NCBI GenBank assembly: GCA_019058295.1
Contig: JAHPZI010000021.1
Span: 64,001-128,000, forward strand
Direction: 5' to 3'
From: Promethearchaeota archaeon
Lineage (GTDB): Archaea > Asgardarchaeota > Lokiarchaeia > Sigyniarchaeales > SOKP01
DNA: 64,000 nucleotides
The notes beneath the pieces are model-generated. The model had not been told where the DNA came from. It worked only from the letters and a program-made list of their open reading frames with translations, and did no database searches. Shown here piece after piece: positions 10,058 through 19,891 of this stretch; position 1 is the first letter of the stretch, and the number at the start of each line of letters is the position of its first letter. The position numbers and the translations under genes were made by a program.

Positions 10058-12031
10058 TTAGATCTTTAGCTTTTTTCGTTCTTCTAATAAATCGTCAACT
10101 ACGGATGGATCGGCTAATGTAGTGACGTTTCCGATATCAGTACCAGAAGCAATAGCTTTAAGAATTCGGCGCATGATTTTCCCACTTCTTGTTTTAGGTA
10201 AGACATCAGCAAATTGAATTATATCTGGTTGGAATACAGGTCCGATTTCTTTTCGGACATGCATTTTTAACTCATTAGCTAACTCATCAGACTTTGAAAC
10301 ACCCTCCATTAGAGTCACGTATGCCCAGATTGCCTGTCCTTTAATTTCATGAGGAAATGGAGCAACTGCAGCTTCAGCGACTTTAGGATGACTTACTATC
10401 GCAGATTCCACTTCCATAGTTCCAATTCTGTGCCCTGATACTTTAATTACGTCATCAAGCCGTCCTAAAATCCAATAATATCCATCTTCATCCCTTCGTG
10501 CACCATCATCAGTATAATAATAACCAGGATATTTCTCCAAGTATGTTCTTTTGAATCGCTCAGTATCACCCCATACATCTCTGAGCATTCCTGGCCATGG
10601 ATTTGGCCCTATTGAGAGATATCCCCCCTCCTCTGGATCAGTCACTTCATCCCCTTCTATATCAAAAATGACTGGATTAATCCCAAAGAAAGGTAAACAA
10701 CACGAGCCTGGTTTTGTAGGTGTAGCAGTGGCAATAGGAGTTAAAAGAAATCCTCCAGTTTCTGTCTGCCAATAAGTATCTATTATTGGGCATCGTTCTT
10801 TTCCAATTATTCTATGATACCATGTCCAAGCTTCAGGATTTATAGGCTCACCAACAGTTCCTAAGACTTTTAATGAACTAAGATCATGACCAAGCACAGG
10901 CTCATCACCATATCTCATAATAGCTCTAATTGCTGTAGGTGCCGTGTAAAAATGAGTAATCTTATAGGTTTCAACCATATCCCAGAATCTAGTAACATCA
11001 GGATATGTAGGAACCCCTTCAAACATTACCGTTGTTGCACCATTTGCTAATGGTCCATAAACAATATAGCTATGACCTGTAATCCAGCCAACATCAGCTG
11101 TGCAAAACCATATATCCCCTTCTTTAATGTTAAATACAACTCGATGTGAAAAGGATGTATAGAGAAGATATCCTGCTGTTGTATGCTTTACACCTTTCGG
11201 TTTTCCAGTTGTTCCACTTGTATAGAGAATAAATAAGGTGTCTTCAGAGTCCATAACTTCTGGTTCACATTCATCACTTATTCCTTCAATGAGGTCATGA
11301 TACCAAATATCTTTATTAGTATGCGGGACTTCATTTCCAGTTCTTTTAACTACAATCACATGTTCTATTGTTGGAACTTCATCAATAATTTGAGCAACAT
11401 CTGCCATTTTTGGATATGTCCTTCCAGCTCTGGCTGTTTCATCACTAGTAAATAAAAGCCTAGAGTTTGAATCACCTATTCTATCTTTTACGGCTTCTTT
11501 GGAAAACCCTCCAAATACAATAGAATGGATGATACCTAGTCGTGCACATGCTAGCATTATAATGGCTAATTCGGGAATCATAGGAAGCCAAATGGTAACC
11601 CTATCTCCTTTCTTCAGCCCTAACTTTTTCATTCCATTAGCAACTTTACAAACTTCACTTTTAAGCTGGTTAAATGTAAATGTTCTTCCCTGCCAAGGTT
11701 CATCTGCTTCCCATATTATTGCTAATTTATCTCCTTTTCCTGCTTTTATATGACGGTCAATGCAATTATAACTCACATTTAGTTTTCCTCCAACAAACCA
11801 TTGACCAGGAAATAAGTCAGTTTTTTGCCAGACTTTTTCATAAGGTTCAAACCAATCTAAAGATTGTGCTTGTTCAGCCCAAAATCCCTCAAAATCTTCT
11901 ACACTTTGTTTCCATAGTTTCTTATATTCATCAAAAGACAATCCAGTTTTGGCAAATTCTGGATTTAACTTTGCTGGGTCAAATACTCTTGTTTCAGTCA
12001 AAACTGTTGCGATTTTTTCTTCTTTCGACAT
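10058..12031 (-). CDS. acs: acetyl-CoA synthetase (AMP-forming)
   Basis: YTSGTTGKPKG, ADVGWITGHSY, DTYWQTETGG, PKTRSGKIMRR. Confidence 0.96.
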   Translation of the reverse strand: MSKEEKIATVLTETRVFDPAKLNPEFAKTGLSFDEYKKLWKQSVEDFEGFWAEQAQSLDWFEPYEKVWQKTDLFPGQWFVGGKLNVSYNCIDRHIKAGKGDKLAIIWEADEPWQGRTFTFNQLKSEVCKVANGMKKLGLKKGDRVTIWLPMIPELAIIMLACARLGIIHSIVFGGFSKEAVKDRIGDSNSRLLFTSDETARAGRTYPKMADVAQIIDEVPTIEHVIVVKRTGNEVPHTNKDIWYHDLIEGISDECEPEVMDSEDTLFILYTSGTTGKPKGVKHTTAGYLLYTSFSHRVVFNIKEGDIWFCTADVGWITGHSYIVYGPLANGATTVMFEGVPTYPDVTRFWDMVETYKITHFYTAPTAIRAIMRYGDEPVLGHDLSSLKVLGTVGEPINPEAWTWYHRIIGKERCPIIDTYWQTETGGFLLTPIATATPTKPGSCCLPFFGINPVIFDIEGDEVTDPEEGGYLSIGPNPWPGMLRDVWGDTERFKRTYLEKYPGYYYTDDGARRDEDGYYWILGRLDDVIKVSGHRIGTMEVESAIVSHPKVAEAAVAPFPHEIKGQAIWAYVTLMEGVSKSDELANELKMHVRKEIGPVFQPDIIQFADVLPKTRSGKIMRRILKAIASGTDIGNVTTLADPSVVDDLLEERKKLKI

Positions 12032-12197
12032 TTAATCTCACTATTTTTCTATCCAATATGAATTAAGATTTCCAATGCAAGTAATATTATAAAACAATTT
12101 AAAGATTTATTTTAAAAATCATAAATATTTAATGAATAAAAGTGTTATATTTATAACAAATAAATAGATACCTTTTTGCTTGTTTGATCTGAAGAAA

Positions 12198-14084
12198 ATG
12201 GAAAATATAGAACCTAACTGGAGGGAAAAATGGAAAGACAAGGAAATTACTGCTGAAGAAGCAATTAAAATGATCATTCCGGGAAATAGAGTATTTATTG
12301 GTACTGGGTGTTCAAAACCACAGGCATTAATTACTGAATTAATAAAACAATCTGATTGGCTAATGGACACAGAAATCCTTCACTTCTTAGATATTGGTCC
12401 TGAAAAATATTTTGATAAAAAAGCCGAAGATTTTTTTAGACATAATACACTTTTTATAGGAGCTAATCTACGAGAGGAAATTAACAAAGGAAAGGCAGAT
12501 TATACACCTATTTATGCAAGCGAAATTCCTTCTTTATTTCTTTCTGGACGAAGGCATATTGATATAGCTCTTATTCAAGTAACACCTCCAGATCCTTATG
12601 GATTTTGCTCTTTTGGAATAAATGTGGATATAACAAAACCTATATCTCAATCAGCTTATTTAACTATTGCTGAAATAAATCCTCAAATGCCGAGAACCCT
12701 TGGAGATAGTTTTGTTAATATAAAAAAAATTGATTATTTTGTTTATAATGACACACCCTTAATAGAATATCATTTTGATGAACCTGATGAGATAGCTGAA
12801 AGAATAGGACAAAATGTAGCTAATTTAGTTCAAAATGAATCAACCGTCCATGTAGGTTTTGGAGACTTGCCAAACGCAGCTCTAAAATATCTTAAAGATA
12901 AAAAAGATTTAGGCTTCCATTCTCATTACATTACAGATGAAATCATACCTCTTATTGATGAAGGCGTATTAACTTGTAGAAAAAAGAATATCTTTCCAGG
13001 AAAGATTATTACTAGTTTCGCATTAGGAACTAAAAAATTGTATGATTTTATAAACACAAATCCTTTCATTGAATTCTATCCATCAGATCAGGTTTGTGAT
13101 CCCCGATTTATTGGAAAAAATGATAACTTAGTTTCAATTAATTCTGCTAGACAGATTGATTTAACTGGACAAGTTAATGCTTCAACAGAAGGATATACCT
13201 TTTATTCAGGATTGGGAGAAACTATTGATTTTATGAGAGGTGCTGCGTTTTCTAAAGGAGGCAAACCCATTATAATATTACCCTCAACTACAAGAGATGG
13301 TAAAAAATCCCGAATTGTGCCCCATTTAGATGAAGGTGCTGGAGTAATGTTATCGCGTGGAGATGTCCATTATATTATAACCGAATGGGGTGTTGCACAT
13401 TTGCACGGGAAGACTATACGCGATCGAACCCTTGAACTAATCTGTATAGCGCATCCTAAGTTTAGGCCACAATTATTAGAGGAAGCTAAAAGATTAAATT
13501 ACATTTATTCTGACCAAATGTTATGCTGTGATGAGGATGGAGAGATTTGTATTTACCCAAAACAATACGAGACCTATTTTAGGACTAAACAAAATGATAA
13601 AATTATCATTCGTCCTGTAAAAACTACTGATGAACCTCTTTTAAGAGAGTTATACTATTCATTAGATGAAAAAGATCGATATTTACGATTTTTTGAAATT
13701 AAAAAAGAATTTACTCATTCAAAAACTCAAGGCGAAGTAAATATTGATTACAATAAGGTTTTTTCGATTGGAGCATTTATAGGAGATCTTTCCAATCAAA
13801 AAATGATTGGAAATGCAACATATTATTTTAATCCAAGAAATAACATGGCAGAATTTAGTTTCACCGTAAATAGTGAATGGCGTGGGCATGGTATTGGTTC
13901 CTACCTTTTAAATCACTTAATCATAATTGCTAAAGAGCGTGATATTAAAGGTTTCTACGGAACGATTCATATTCAAAATAAATCTACAATACATCTATTT
14001 CAAAGACTTGGTTATACAAAGGTCACACCACCTGAACCAGGAGAAAATGAACTATTTTTTGAATTATTCTTTGAAAGAGAATAA
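12198..14084 (+). CDS. acetyl-CoA hydrolase/CoA-transferase-like domain fused to C-terminal GNAT acetyltransferase
   Basis: QVTPPDPYGFCSFG, INSARQIDLTGQV, DFMRGAAFSKGGKPII, HPKFR; GNAT motif WRGHGIGSYLL. Confidence 0.88.
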   Translation: MENIEPNWREKWKDKEITAEEAIKMIIPGNRVFIGTGCSKPQALITELIKQSDWLMDTEILHFLDIGPEKYFDKKAEDFFRHNTLFIGANLREEINKGKADYTPIYASEIPSLFLSGRRHIDIALIQVTPPDPYGFCSFGINVDITKPISQSAYLTIAEINPQMPRTLGDSFVNIKKIDYFVYNDTPLIEYHFDEPDEIAERIGQNVANLVQNESTVHVGFGDLPNAALKYLKDKKDLGFHSHYITDEIIPLIDEGVLTCRKKNIFPGKIITSFALGTKKLYDFINTNPFIEFYPSDQVCDPRFIGKNDNLVSINSARQIDLTGQVNASTEGYTFYSGLGETIDFMRGAAFSKGGKPIIILPSTTRDGKKSRIVPHLDEGAGVMLSRGDVHYIITEWGVAHLHGKTIRDRTLELICIAHPKFRPQLLEEAKRLNYIYSDQMLCCDEDGEICIYPKQYETYFRTKQNDKIIIRPVKTTDEPLLRELYYSLDEKDRYLRFFEIKKEFTHSKTQGEVNIDYNKVFSIGAFIGDLSNQKMIGNATYYFNPRNNMAEFSFTVNSEWRGHGIGSYLLNHLIIIAKERDIKGFYGTIHIQNKSTIHLFQRLGYTKVTPPEPGENELFFELFFERE

Positions 14085-14142
14085 TTAATTAATCACTCAA
14101 GATATATGGAAAATAAAGATTATATTTAAGAGGATATTAAAG

Positions 14143-14850
14143 ATGATGAGAAGTAGAGAAGAAGAACACATAGAGGGAGGAGGTCGTATTCGTAGCATTA
14201 TCCTAGGATTAAATGATGGTTTAATTTCAACATTTACTCTTCTAGTTGGTATAGCAGCCGCCACTATTACAAAAGGAAATGCGATTGTATTATTGGCAGG
14301 TATTGCAGCTATGGTCTCAGGGGCAATATCGATGGGGTTAGGAGAATATGTTTCTTCAAAATCAGAGTATAATTATATTAAAAATGAGATGAAGAAAGAA
14401 GCCGCTGAAATCGAATTATTTCCAGATGAAGAAAAACTGGAAGTAAGAGAAATGTTTGAGAATATGGGATTAAAAGGAGATACTTTAAATTCATGTGTAG
14501 ACACGATAACTTCAAATAAAGAAACTTGGCTTAATTTCCTCTTAAAAAGTGAATTAGGATTGGAAGAACCCGAAAATCCCGCATTAGGAGCAATACTAAC
14601 TTTTTTTTCTTTTATTGGCGGTGCATTAATTCCGCTCTCACCATATTTCCTAAACTTAGGAATGATATCATTGATTATAAGTTCAATAATTTCTTTCTCT
14701 ATGCTTGCGATTGTGGGTTCGCTGAAAACAAAAATCACAGGTGAGACGAGGTGGAAAGGTGCTTTAGAAATGATAATTATTGGAACTATTGCTTTTATAT
14801 GTTCTTACTCAATTGGGTTATTGCTTGAGCAGTTCATAGCTGGCTTGTGA
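14143..14850 (+). CDS. VIT1/CCC1 family Fe/Mn transporter
   Basis: ILGLNDGL, GAISMGLGEYVS, ELGL, GALIPLSPY. Confidence 0.92.
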   Translation: MMRSREEEHIEGGGRIRSIILGLNDGLISTFTLLVGIAAATITKGNAIVLLAGIAAMVSGAISMGLGEYVSSKSEYNYIKNEMKKEAAEIELFPDEEKLEVREMFENMGLKGDTLNSCVDTITSNKETWLNFLLKSELGLEEPENPALGAILTFFSFIGGALIPLSPYFLNLGMISLIISSIISFSMLAIVGSLKTKITGETRWKGALEMIIIGTIAFICSYSIGLLLEQFIAGL

Positions 14851-14856
14851 ATAAAT

Positions 14857-15426
14857 TCAATCAACTTTTTTGAAAAATTTTTGTTCATGATCACAATTAG
14901 GACAAGTTTTTGGAGCTTTTCTTAATTCAACATTTCCACAAATAGTGCATACATATATATCAATTGGTTCAATATTTTCCTTTTTGTCAAGTTTTTTTAG
15001 ATAAGCAATGTATAATTTACTATGAACTATTTCAGCTTTTCTTGCTAAATCAAATGAGAATTCTGCTAGATAAAGATCTCCTTTCTTAGCATCTTTTATA
15101 AAACTTTTATACATTTTTTTGAATTCAAAAGTCTCTCCTGCTATTGCTTGAATAAGGTTATTTCTTGTATCTTGAACTTGTTTTTTTAGCTCTTCTTCAT
15201 TGGTTTTAACGATTTCATTTGCATTAACTTCAGAATTGGTAATTTTTGCAATCGCTTGTATGTGATTTTTTATATGTATACTTTCTGCAGATGAGATCGC
15301 TCTAAATAAATGAGCAATTTCGGAATAATTCTCTTTTTCTGCTTGTTCAGCAAAGAGCTCGTATTTTATCTTAGCATTGGTTTCTCCGTTTATTGCTTCT
15401 TTTAAATTATCTATAATTAATGACAT
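14857..15426 (-). CDS. rubrerythrin family protein
   Basis: Two ExxH diiron motifs (AESIH, AEIVH) plus C-terminal CTICG…CPNC rubredoxin-like domain. Confidence 0.92.
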   Translation of the reverse strand: MSLIIDNLKEAINGETNAKIKYELFAEQAEKENYSEIAHLFRAISSAESIHIKNHIQAIAKITNSEVNANEIVKTNEEELKKQVQDTRNNLIQAIAGETFEFKKMYKSFIKDAKKGDLYLAEFSFDLARKAEIVHSKLYIAYLKKLDKKENIEPIDIYVCTICGNVELRKAPKTCPNCDHEQKFFKKVD

Positions 15427-15589
15427 TTCAATCTAATCGAATTTTTTTTCTGAATTATATTAATTTCTTTTTCTTTTAAGAATTTATTACTATCCTAATA
15501 AAAATTCTTTCAGTGAAAAACCTATTCTTTATAAATAATAAATAAATAATAATATATAATATTCAAAATCAAGTAAACGGAAAAGAAAA

Positions 15590-15655
15590 ATGTTTAGAGA
15601 AAACTTAAAAGATCCTTCATCAGCTTGGTTTTGTTGTTGGCGTTGGCACGCATAG
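15590..15655 (+). CDS. trpL: putative Trp-rich leader peptide of trpDC-cupin-FBA (MFRENLKDPSSAWFCCWRWHA*)
   Basis: 21-codon ORF with 3 TGG codons in its last 9 codons, 162 nt upstream of trpD ATG; homologous to the leader before trpE. Confidence 0.8.
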   Translation: MFRENLKDPSSAWFCCWRWHA

Positions 15656-15777
15656 AGCGTGCGCAATGGCTTTAATTATTTTTAGAATTTCTTGCTTTTT
15701 TCTCTTTATAATTCTTAAAATTTTATGTTTGAATTGTAAAGAATAAAGGGGTTTTCTACAATATTAGAAATTCTAAA
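15624..15777 (+). promoter_or_regulatory. putative attenuator RNA (hairpin 1 over leader stop codon, hairpin 2 with U-rich arm)
   Basis: GCACGC(15646-51)/GCGTGC(15657-62) stem extended by CGTTG/CAATG; TTTAGAATTTCT(15681-92)/AGAAATTCTAAA(15766-77) outer stem and TCTTTATAATTC(15703-14)/GAATTGTAAAGA(15731-42) inner stem. Confidence 0.7.
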
Positions 15778-15817
15778 TCTTAAAATTTTAATAAAAAAAA
15801 TAAAAAAATTGAATAGG

Positions 15818-16873
15818 ATGACAGAAGAAAAAATAGTTGATGGTTTGAAAAAAATAACTCAAAAAGTAAGCTTAACAAGTGAAGAAGCAGAAAATATAAT
15901 GAGAGAGATAATGTCTGGTAAGGTACAAGACGCTCAATTAGGAGCATTTTTAACAGGTTTAGCTATGAAAGGAGAATCTGTTGATGAAATCACAGGATTT
16001 GCTCTAATAATGAGAGAATTTGCAAATCAAATTGAACCTAATGTAGAAGGAGATTTATTAGATACTTGTGGAACTGGAGGAGATAAAATTAAAACATTCA
16101 ACATTAGTACAATTTCGGCCTTAGTTGTTGCAGGAGCTGGAATACCTGTTGCAAAACACGGAAATCGAGCTGTAACTGGTACATGTGGTAGTGCAGACTT
16201 ATTGGAGGGGTTAGGGGTGAAAATTGATTTACCTCCTGAAGAAGTTAAAACTTGTATTGAAAAAGTAGGTATTGGATTTATGTTTGCGCCTTTATTTCAT
16301 CCGGCGATGAAATATGCTATGCCTACTAGAAGGGCTTTAAAATTAAGAACTGTGTTTAATATACTTGGACCATTAACAAATCCTGCAAATGCCAAGTGTC
16401 ATGTATTAGGTGTATTTCAAAAAGATTTAACTCCTGTTATGGCCAAGGTACTAAATGGCTTAGGTGCAAAACATGTTTTTACAGTTCATAACTCATATGG
16501 TATTGATGAAGTAGCACCAGTAGGAATAAATTATATCACAGAAGTGAATAATGGAACAATTGAGAGTTATGCAATTACCAATGAAGATTTTGGTATTCCT
16601 GATTGTTCGATAAATGATATATTAGCGGGAAATTTAGAAGAAAATCTTAAAATCGCAGTCAATATCTTAAAAAATAAAGTTATCGATTCAAAATACAACA
16701 CTGTATTAATGAACGCAGCATTAGCTCTTAAAAGTGTAAATAAAGCAAGCGATATCAAAGAAGGAATTGAAATCGCTAAAAATGCTATTGAATCTGGAAG
16801 TGTTTTTGAAAAACTTAAACAATTTATCGAAGTATCTGGCGGAAATCAAGACAAGTTAATGAGTTTATTATAA
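15818..16873 (+). CDS. trpD: anthranilate phosphoribosyltransferase
   Basis: DTCGTGGD, TFNIST, AKHGNRA, RTVFNILGPLTNP. Confidence 0.97.
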   Translation: MTEEKIVDGLKKITQKVSLTSEEAENIMREIMSGKVQDAQLGAFLTGLAMKGESVDEITGFALIMREFANQIEPNVEGDLLDTCGTGGDKIKTFNISTISALVVAGAGIPVAKHGNRAVTGTCGSADLLEGLGVKIDLPPEEVKTCIEKVGIGFMFAPLFHPAMKYAMPTRRALKLRTVFNILGPLTNPANAKCHVLGVFQKDLTPVMAKVLNGLGAKHVFTVHNSYGIDEVAPVGINYITEVNNGTIESYAITNEDFGIPDCSINDILAGNLEENLKIAVNILKNKVIDSKYNTVLMNAALALKSVNKASDIKEGIEIAKNAIESGSVFEKLKQFIEVSGGNQDKLMSLL

Positions 16874-16892
16874 AAGAAATAGCTTGAGATTA

Positions 16893-17702
16893 ATGAGTTC
16901 GAATAAAATAAAAGAAATAGTGGAGCAACGGAAAAAATCTATTCAAAGAGATGTAGATTTCATGAGAGATTTAGGAAGTGAGATTATCAAAAAGAATCGG
17001 GGACCTTTAAGTGAGATTATTAAATATAATCAAGGGATTTCGATTATCTCAGAGATTAAACCAGCCTCTCCTACTTTAGGCGATATTAAAAAGAATATTA
17101 ATGTTAAGGCTATTGCTACAGAAATGGAAAGTGCAGGAGTAATTGGTTTAAGCGTTTTAACTGAACCAAATTATTTTAATGGTTCCTATGAGAATCTCAA
17201 GTTAGCAGTAGAAAGCACGAAATTGCCGTGTTTAATGAAAGATTTTGTTGTTGATGAGATCCAATATAAAATTGCTGCTCAAATAGGAGCAACTAATATT
17301 TTGATTATAAATTCAATTAGCAATTTGGAGGATTCATACCGCAAAGCTTTAGAATATAGCTTAGAACCTCTGATAGAAATCCATGATAGTGAAGAACTCA
17401 ATGATATTCGTCATTTATATGATATAGGTTTAAAGCCTGCATTAATCGGAGTGAATAATCGCAATTTGAAAACATTAAAAATTGATTTAAACACATCAAA
17501 AGTAATCATTCCGAAGTTGAAGGAAGAATTTGGAGATAAAATTCAAATTATTAGTGAAAGTGGAATAAATACAGAAGATGATATTAAGTTTTTACTTCAG
17601 TATAAAGCTAATGCATTTTTAATTGGTTCTTCAATAATGAAATCGAGTAATATAAGAGAAAAAATATTGTCATTAAGAGGTTTAATTAATAAAATAGGTT
17701 GA
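16893..17702 (+). CDS. trpC: indole-3-glycerol phosphate synthase
   Basis: ISEIKPASPT, SVLTEPNYF, LMKDF, GVNNRNL, ISESGI, LIGSSIM. Confidence 0.95.
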   Translation: MSSNKIKEIVEQRKKSIQRDVDFMRDLGSEIIKKNRGPLSEIIKYNQGISIISEIKPASPTLGDIKKNINVKAIATEMESAGVIGLSVLTEPNYFNGSYENLKLAVESTKLPCLMKDFVVDEIQYKIAAQIGATNILIINSISNLEDSYRKALEYSLEPLIEIHDSEELNDIRHLYDIGLKPALIGVNNRNLKTLKIDLNTSKVIIPKLKEEFGDKIQIISESGINTEDDIKFLLQYKANAFLIGSSIMKSSNIREKILSLRGLINKIG

Positions 17703-17706
17703 GAAA

Positions 17707-18018
17707 ATGGATTATAGAATAGATTTTGAGAAAATTAAATGGAAAGAACCTGCGATTGGTGTAAGATTTAAGTCTTTCATATCCAATAATAAACAAGTAC
17801 GCTTGGTTGAATTTACTGATGAATTTATAGAACCTGATTGGTGTACGAAAGGACATATAGGTTTTGTATTAGAAGGAGAATTAGAAATTAATTTTGATGG
17901 AAAGTTAGTTAAATATGGAGCGGATGATGGTATATTCATTCCTAAAGGACCAGAACATAAACACATGGCAAAATGCATAACTAAAACAGTAAAATTAATC
18001 TTAATAGAAGAAATTTAA
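17707..18018 (+). CDS. cupin-fold protein (DHCW-motif-like) inside the trp operon
   Basis: DWCTKGHIGFVLEGELEI…HKH cupin pattern. Confidence 0.8.
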   Translation: MDYRIDFEKIKWKEPAIGVRFKSFISNNKQVRLVEFTDEFIEPDWCTKGHIGFVLEGELEINFDGKLVKYGADDGIFIPKGPEHKHMAKCITKTVKLILIEEI

Positions 18019-18031
18019 AGGTGAAATATAA

Positions 18032-18679
18032 ATGGAGTACATAAAAATATGTGGCTTAAAAGAAATCGAACACATTGAATTATGTAGGGATAATGATGCT
18101 AATGCCGTAGGTTTCATATACAATGTTCCTAGTTCTCCAAGAAATTTGGAAAAATCCAAATTAATGAATCTTTTAAAAGACATTCCTAAGAAATTATTAA
18201 CTGTAATTGTATTTAAACCCCAAAATATCTTAGAATTAGAAAGAGTAATAAATGAAATAGATGTTGATTTATATCAGATTCATAGTAATTTTGAAAATCT
18301 AGAAATGGAAGAAATTCAACCTGAATTGAAAAAAAAGATTATTTTAGCATTACAAGTAAATTCTTCCAATAAAGATGATGTAATTTATAAAATTAATAAA
18401 TATTATGACCAATTTTTTGGTTTTTTAATTGATAATAGTGAAGGTCATGGTACAGAATTTAATTTCAATATCGTTGCAGATATTATAAATAATACCAAAG
18501 GAGCGAGTATAATAGTTGCTGGAGGTATTGATAGTAACAATATTGAAAAGATAATTAGAGATTTAAACCCTTATGGAATTGATATAAGTAGTTCATTAGA
18601 ATCCGAAAAGGGGGTTAAAGATCCATTAAGAATTGAAAATTTTTTAAAAAAAGTAAATGAAATTAAGAAAACATTATGA
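18032..18679 (+). CDS. trpF: phosphoribosylanthranilate isomerase
   Basis: IKICG, SPR, QIH, VAGGI, GIDISSSLESEKGVKD. Confidence 0.93.
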   Translation: MEYIKICGLKEIEHIELCRDNDANAVGFIYNVPSSPRNLEKSKLMNLLKDIPKKLLTVIVFKPQNILELERVINEIDVDLYQIHSNFENLEMEEIQPELKKKIILALQVNSSNKDDVIYKINKYYDQFFGFLIDNSEGHGTEFNFNIVADIINNTKGASIIVAGGIDSNNIEKIIRDLNPYGIDISSSLESEKGVKDPLRIENFLKKVNEIKKTL

Positions 18680-18688
18680 GGGATAAAA

Positions 18689-19891
18689 ATGAAATATAGT
18701 GGGAGATATCCTAATAAGTGCGGTAAATTTGGGGATTTTGGAGGTATTTTTGCTCCAGAGGTTCTCATGCCAGCACTTAATGAGCTTACTGAAGCTTTTG
18801 AAAAATATAGAAATGATGAAAGTTTCAAAAAAGAGTTTTATCAGATACTCGAATCATATGGGGGTCGTCCAACACCTTTATTTTATGCTAAAAGATTAAG
18901 TGAAGATGTAGGATGCAAAGTATATTTGAAAAGAGAAGATTTACTTCATGGTGGAGCTCACAAATTAAACAATGTAATAGGACAGGCATTATTAGCCAAG
19001 AAAATGGGAAAAACAAAGCTTGTAGCAGAAACAGGTGCAGGGCAACATGGATTTGCTACTGCTATTGCTGGAGCTTATTTCGGCATGGAAACAAAGGTAT
19101 TCATGGGAGAAGTTGATATCGCCAGACAAGCATACAATGTATATCGCATGCAATTACTTGGAGCTGAAGTAATACCTGTAAAAATTGGTTCGAAAACATT
19201 AAAGGATGCGATTAATGATGGACTTAGATATTGGATCACCAATGTGAGAGATACTCACTACTTAATGGGAAGCGTTGTCGGTCCACATCCATATCCGCTA
19301 TTAGTGAGAGAATTCCAAAGAGTTATTGGAATTGAAACTAAAAAGCAAATAATGGAGTTAGAGGGTAGATTACCTAATGCAATCATCGCTTGTATTGGTG
19401 GTGGAAGTAATGCTATAGGAATAATGTATGATTTCATTGAAGATGAGAATGTCCAGTTAATTGGAGTTGAGGCTGCTGGAGAAGGATTAGAAACAGGAAA
19501 ACATTCAATAGCATTAGGGTTAGGTCGAAGAGGAGTATTACATGGATCCTTAATGTATCTATTACAAAATGAATATGGTAATATACTAAAGACACATTCT
19601 ATAAGTGCAGGACTAGATTATCCTGGTGTTGGCCCCGAACATTGTTTTTTAAAAGAATTAACAAGGCTTAGAGTAGAAACTGCAACAGATAATGAGACTT
19701 TAGCGTCTTTTCAAAAATTATCCGTTATAGAAGGAATTATTCCTGCATTGGAGTCATCACATGCACTTGCGTGCCTGGAAAAAATTAAGGGTGAGTTTAA
19801 TAAAGATGACATTGTAATAATTAATTTATCTGGTTCAGGTTCTAAAGATCTAAATATAATCAAACAGCGTATGGAGTTTAAAGTAAAATGA
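18689..19891 (+). CDS. trpB: tryptophan synthase beta chain (TrpB1 type)
   Basis: [16 protein letters not shown] (PLP Lys), [30 protein letters not shown]. Confidence 0.98.
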   Translation: MKYSGRYPNKCGKFGDFGGIFAPEVLMPALNELTEAFEKYRNDESFKKEFYQILESYGGRPTPLFYAKRLSEDVGCKVYLKREDLLHGGAHKLNNVIGQALLAKKMGKTKLVAETGAGQHGFATAIAGAYFGMETKVFMGEVDIARQAYNVYRMQLLGAEVIPVKIGSKTLKDAINDGLRYWITNVRDTHYLMGSVVGPHPYPLLVREFQRVIGIETKKQIMELEGRLPNAIIACIGGGSNAIGIMYDFIEDENVQLIGVEAAGEGLETGKHSIALGLGRRGVLHGSLMYLLQNEYGNILKTHSISAGLDYPGVGPEHCFLKELTRLRVETATDNETLASFQKLSVIEGIIPALESSHALACLEKIKGEFNKDDIVIINLSGSGSKDLNIIKQRMEFKVK

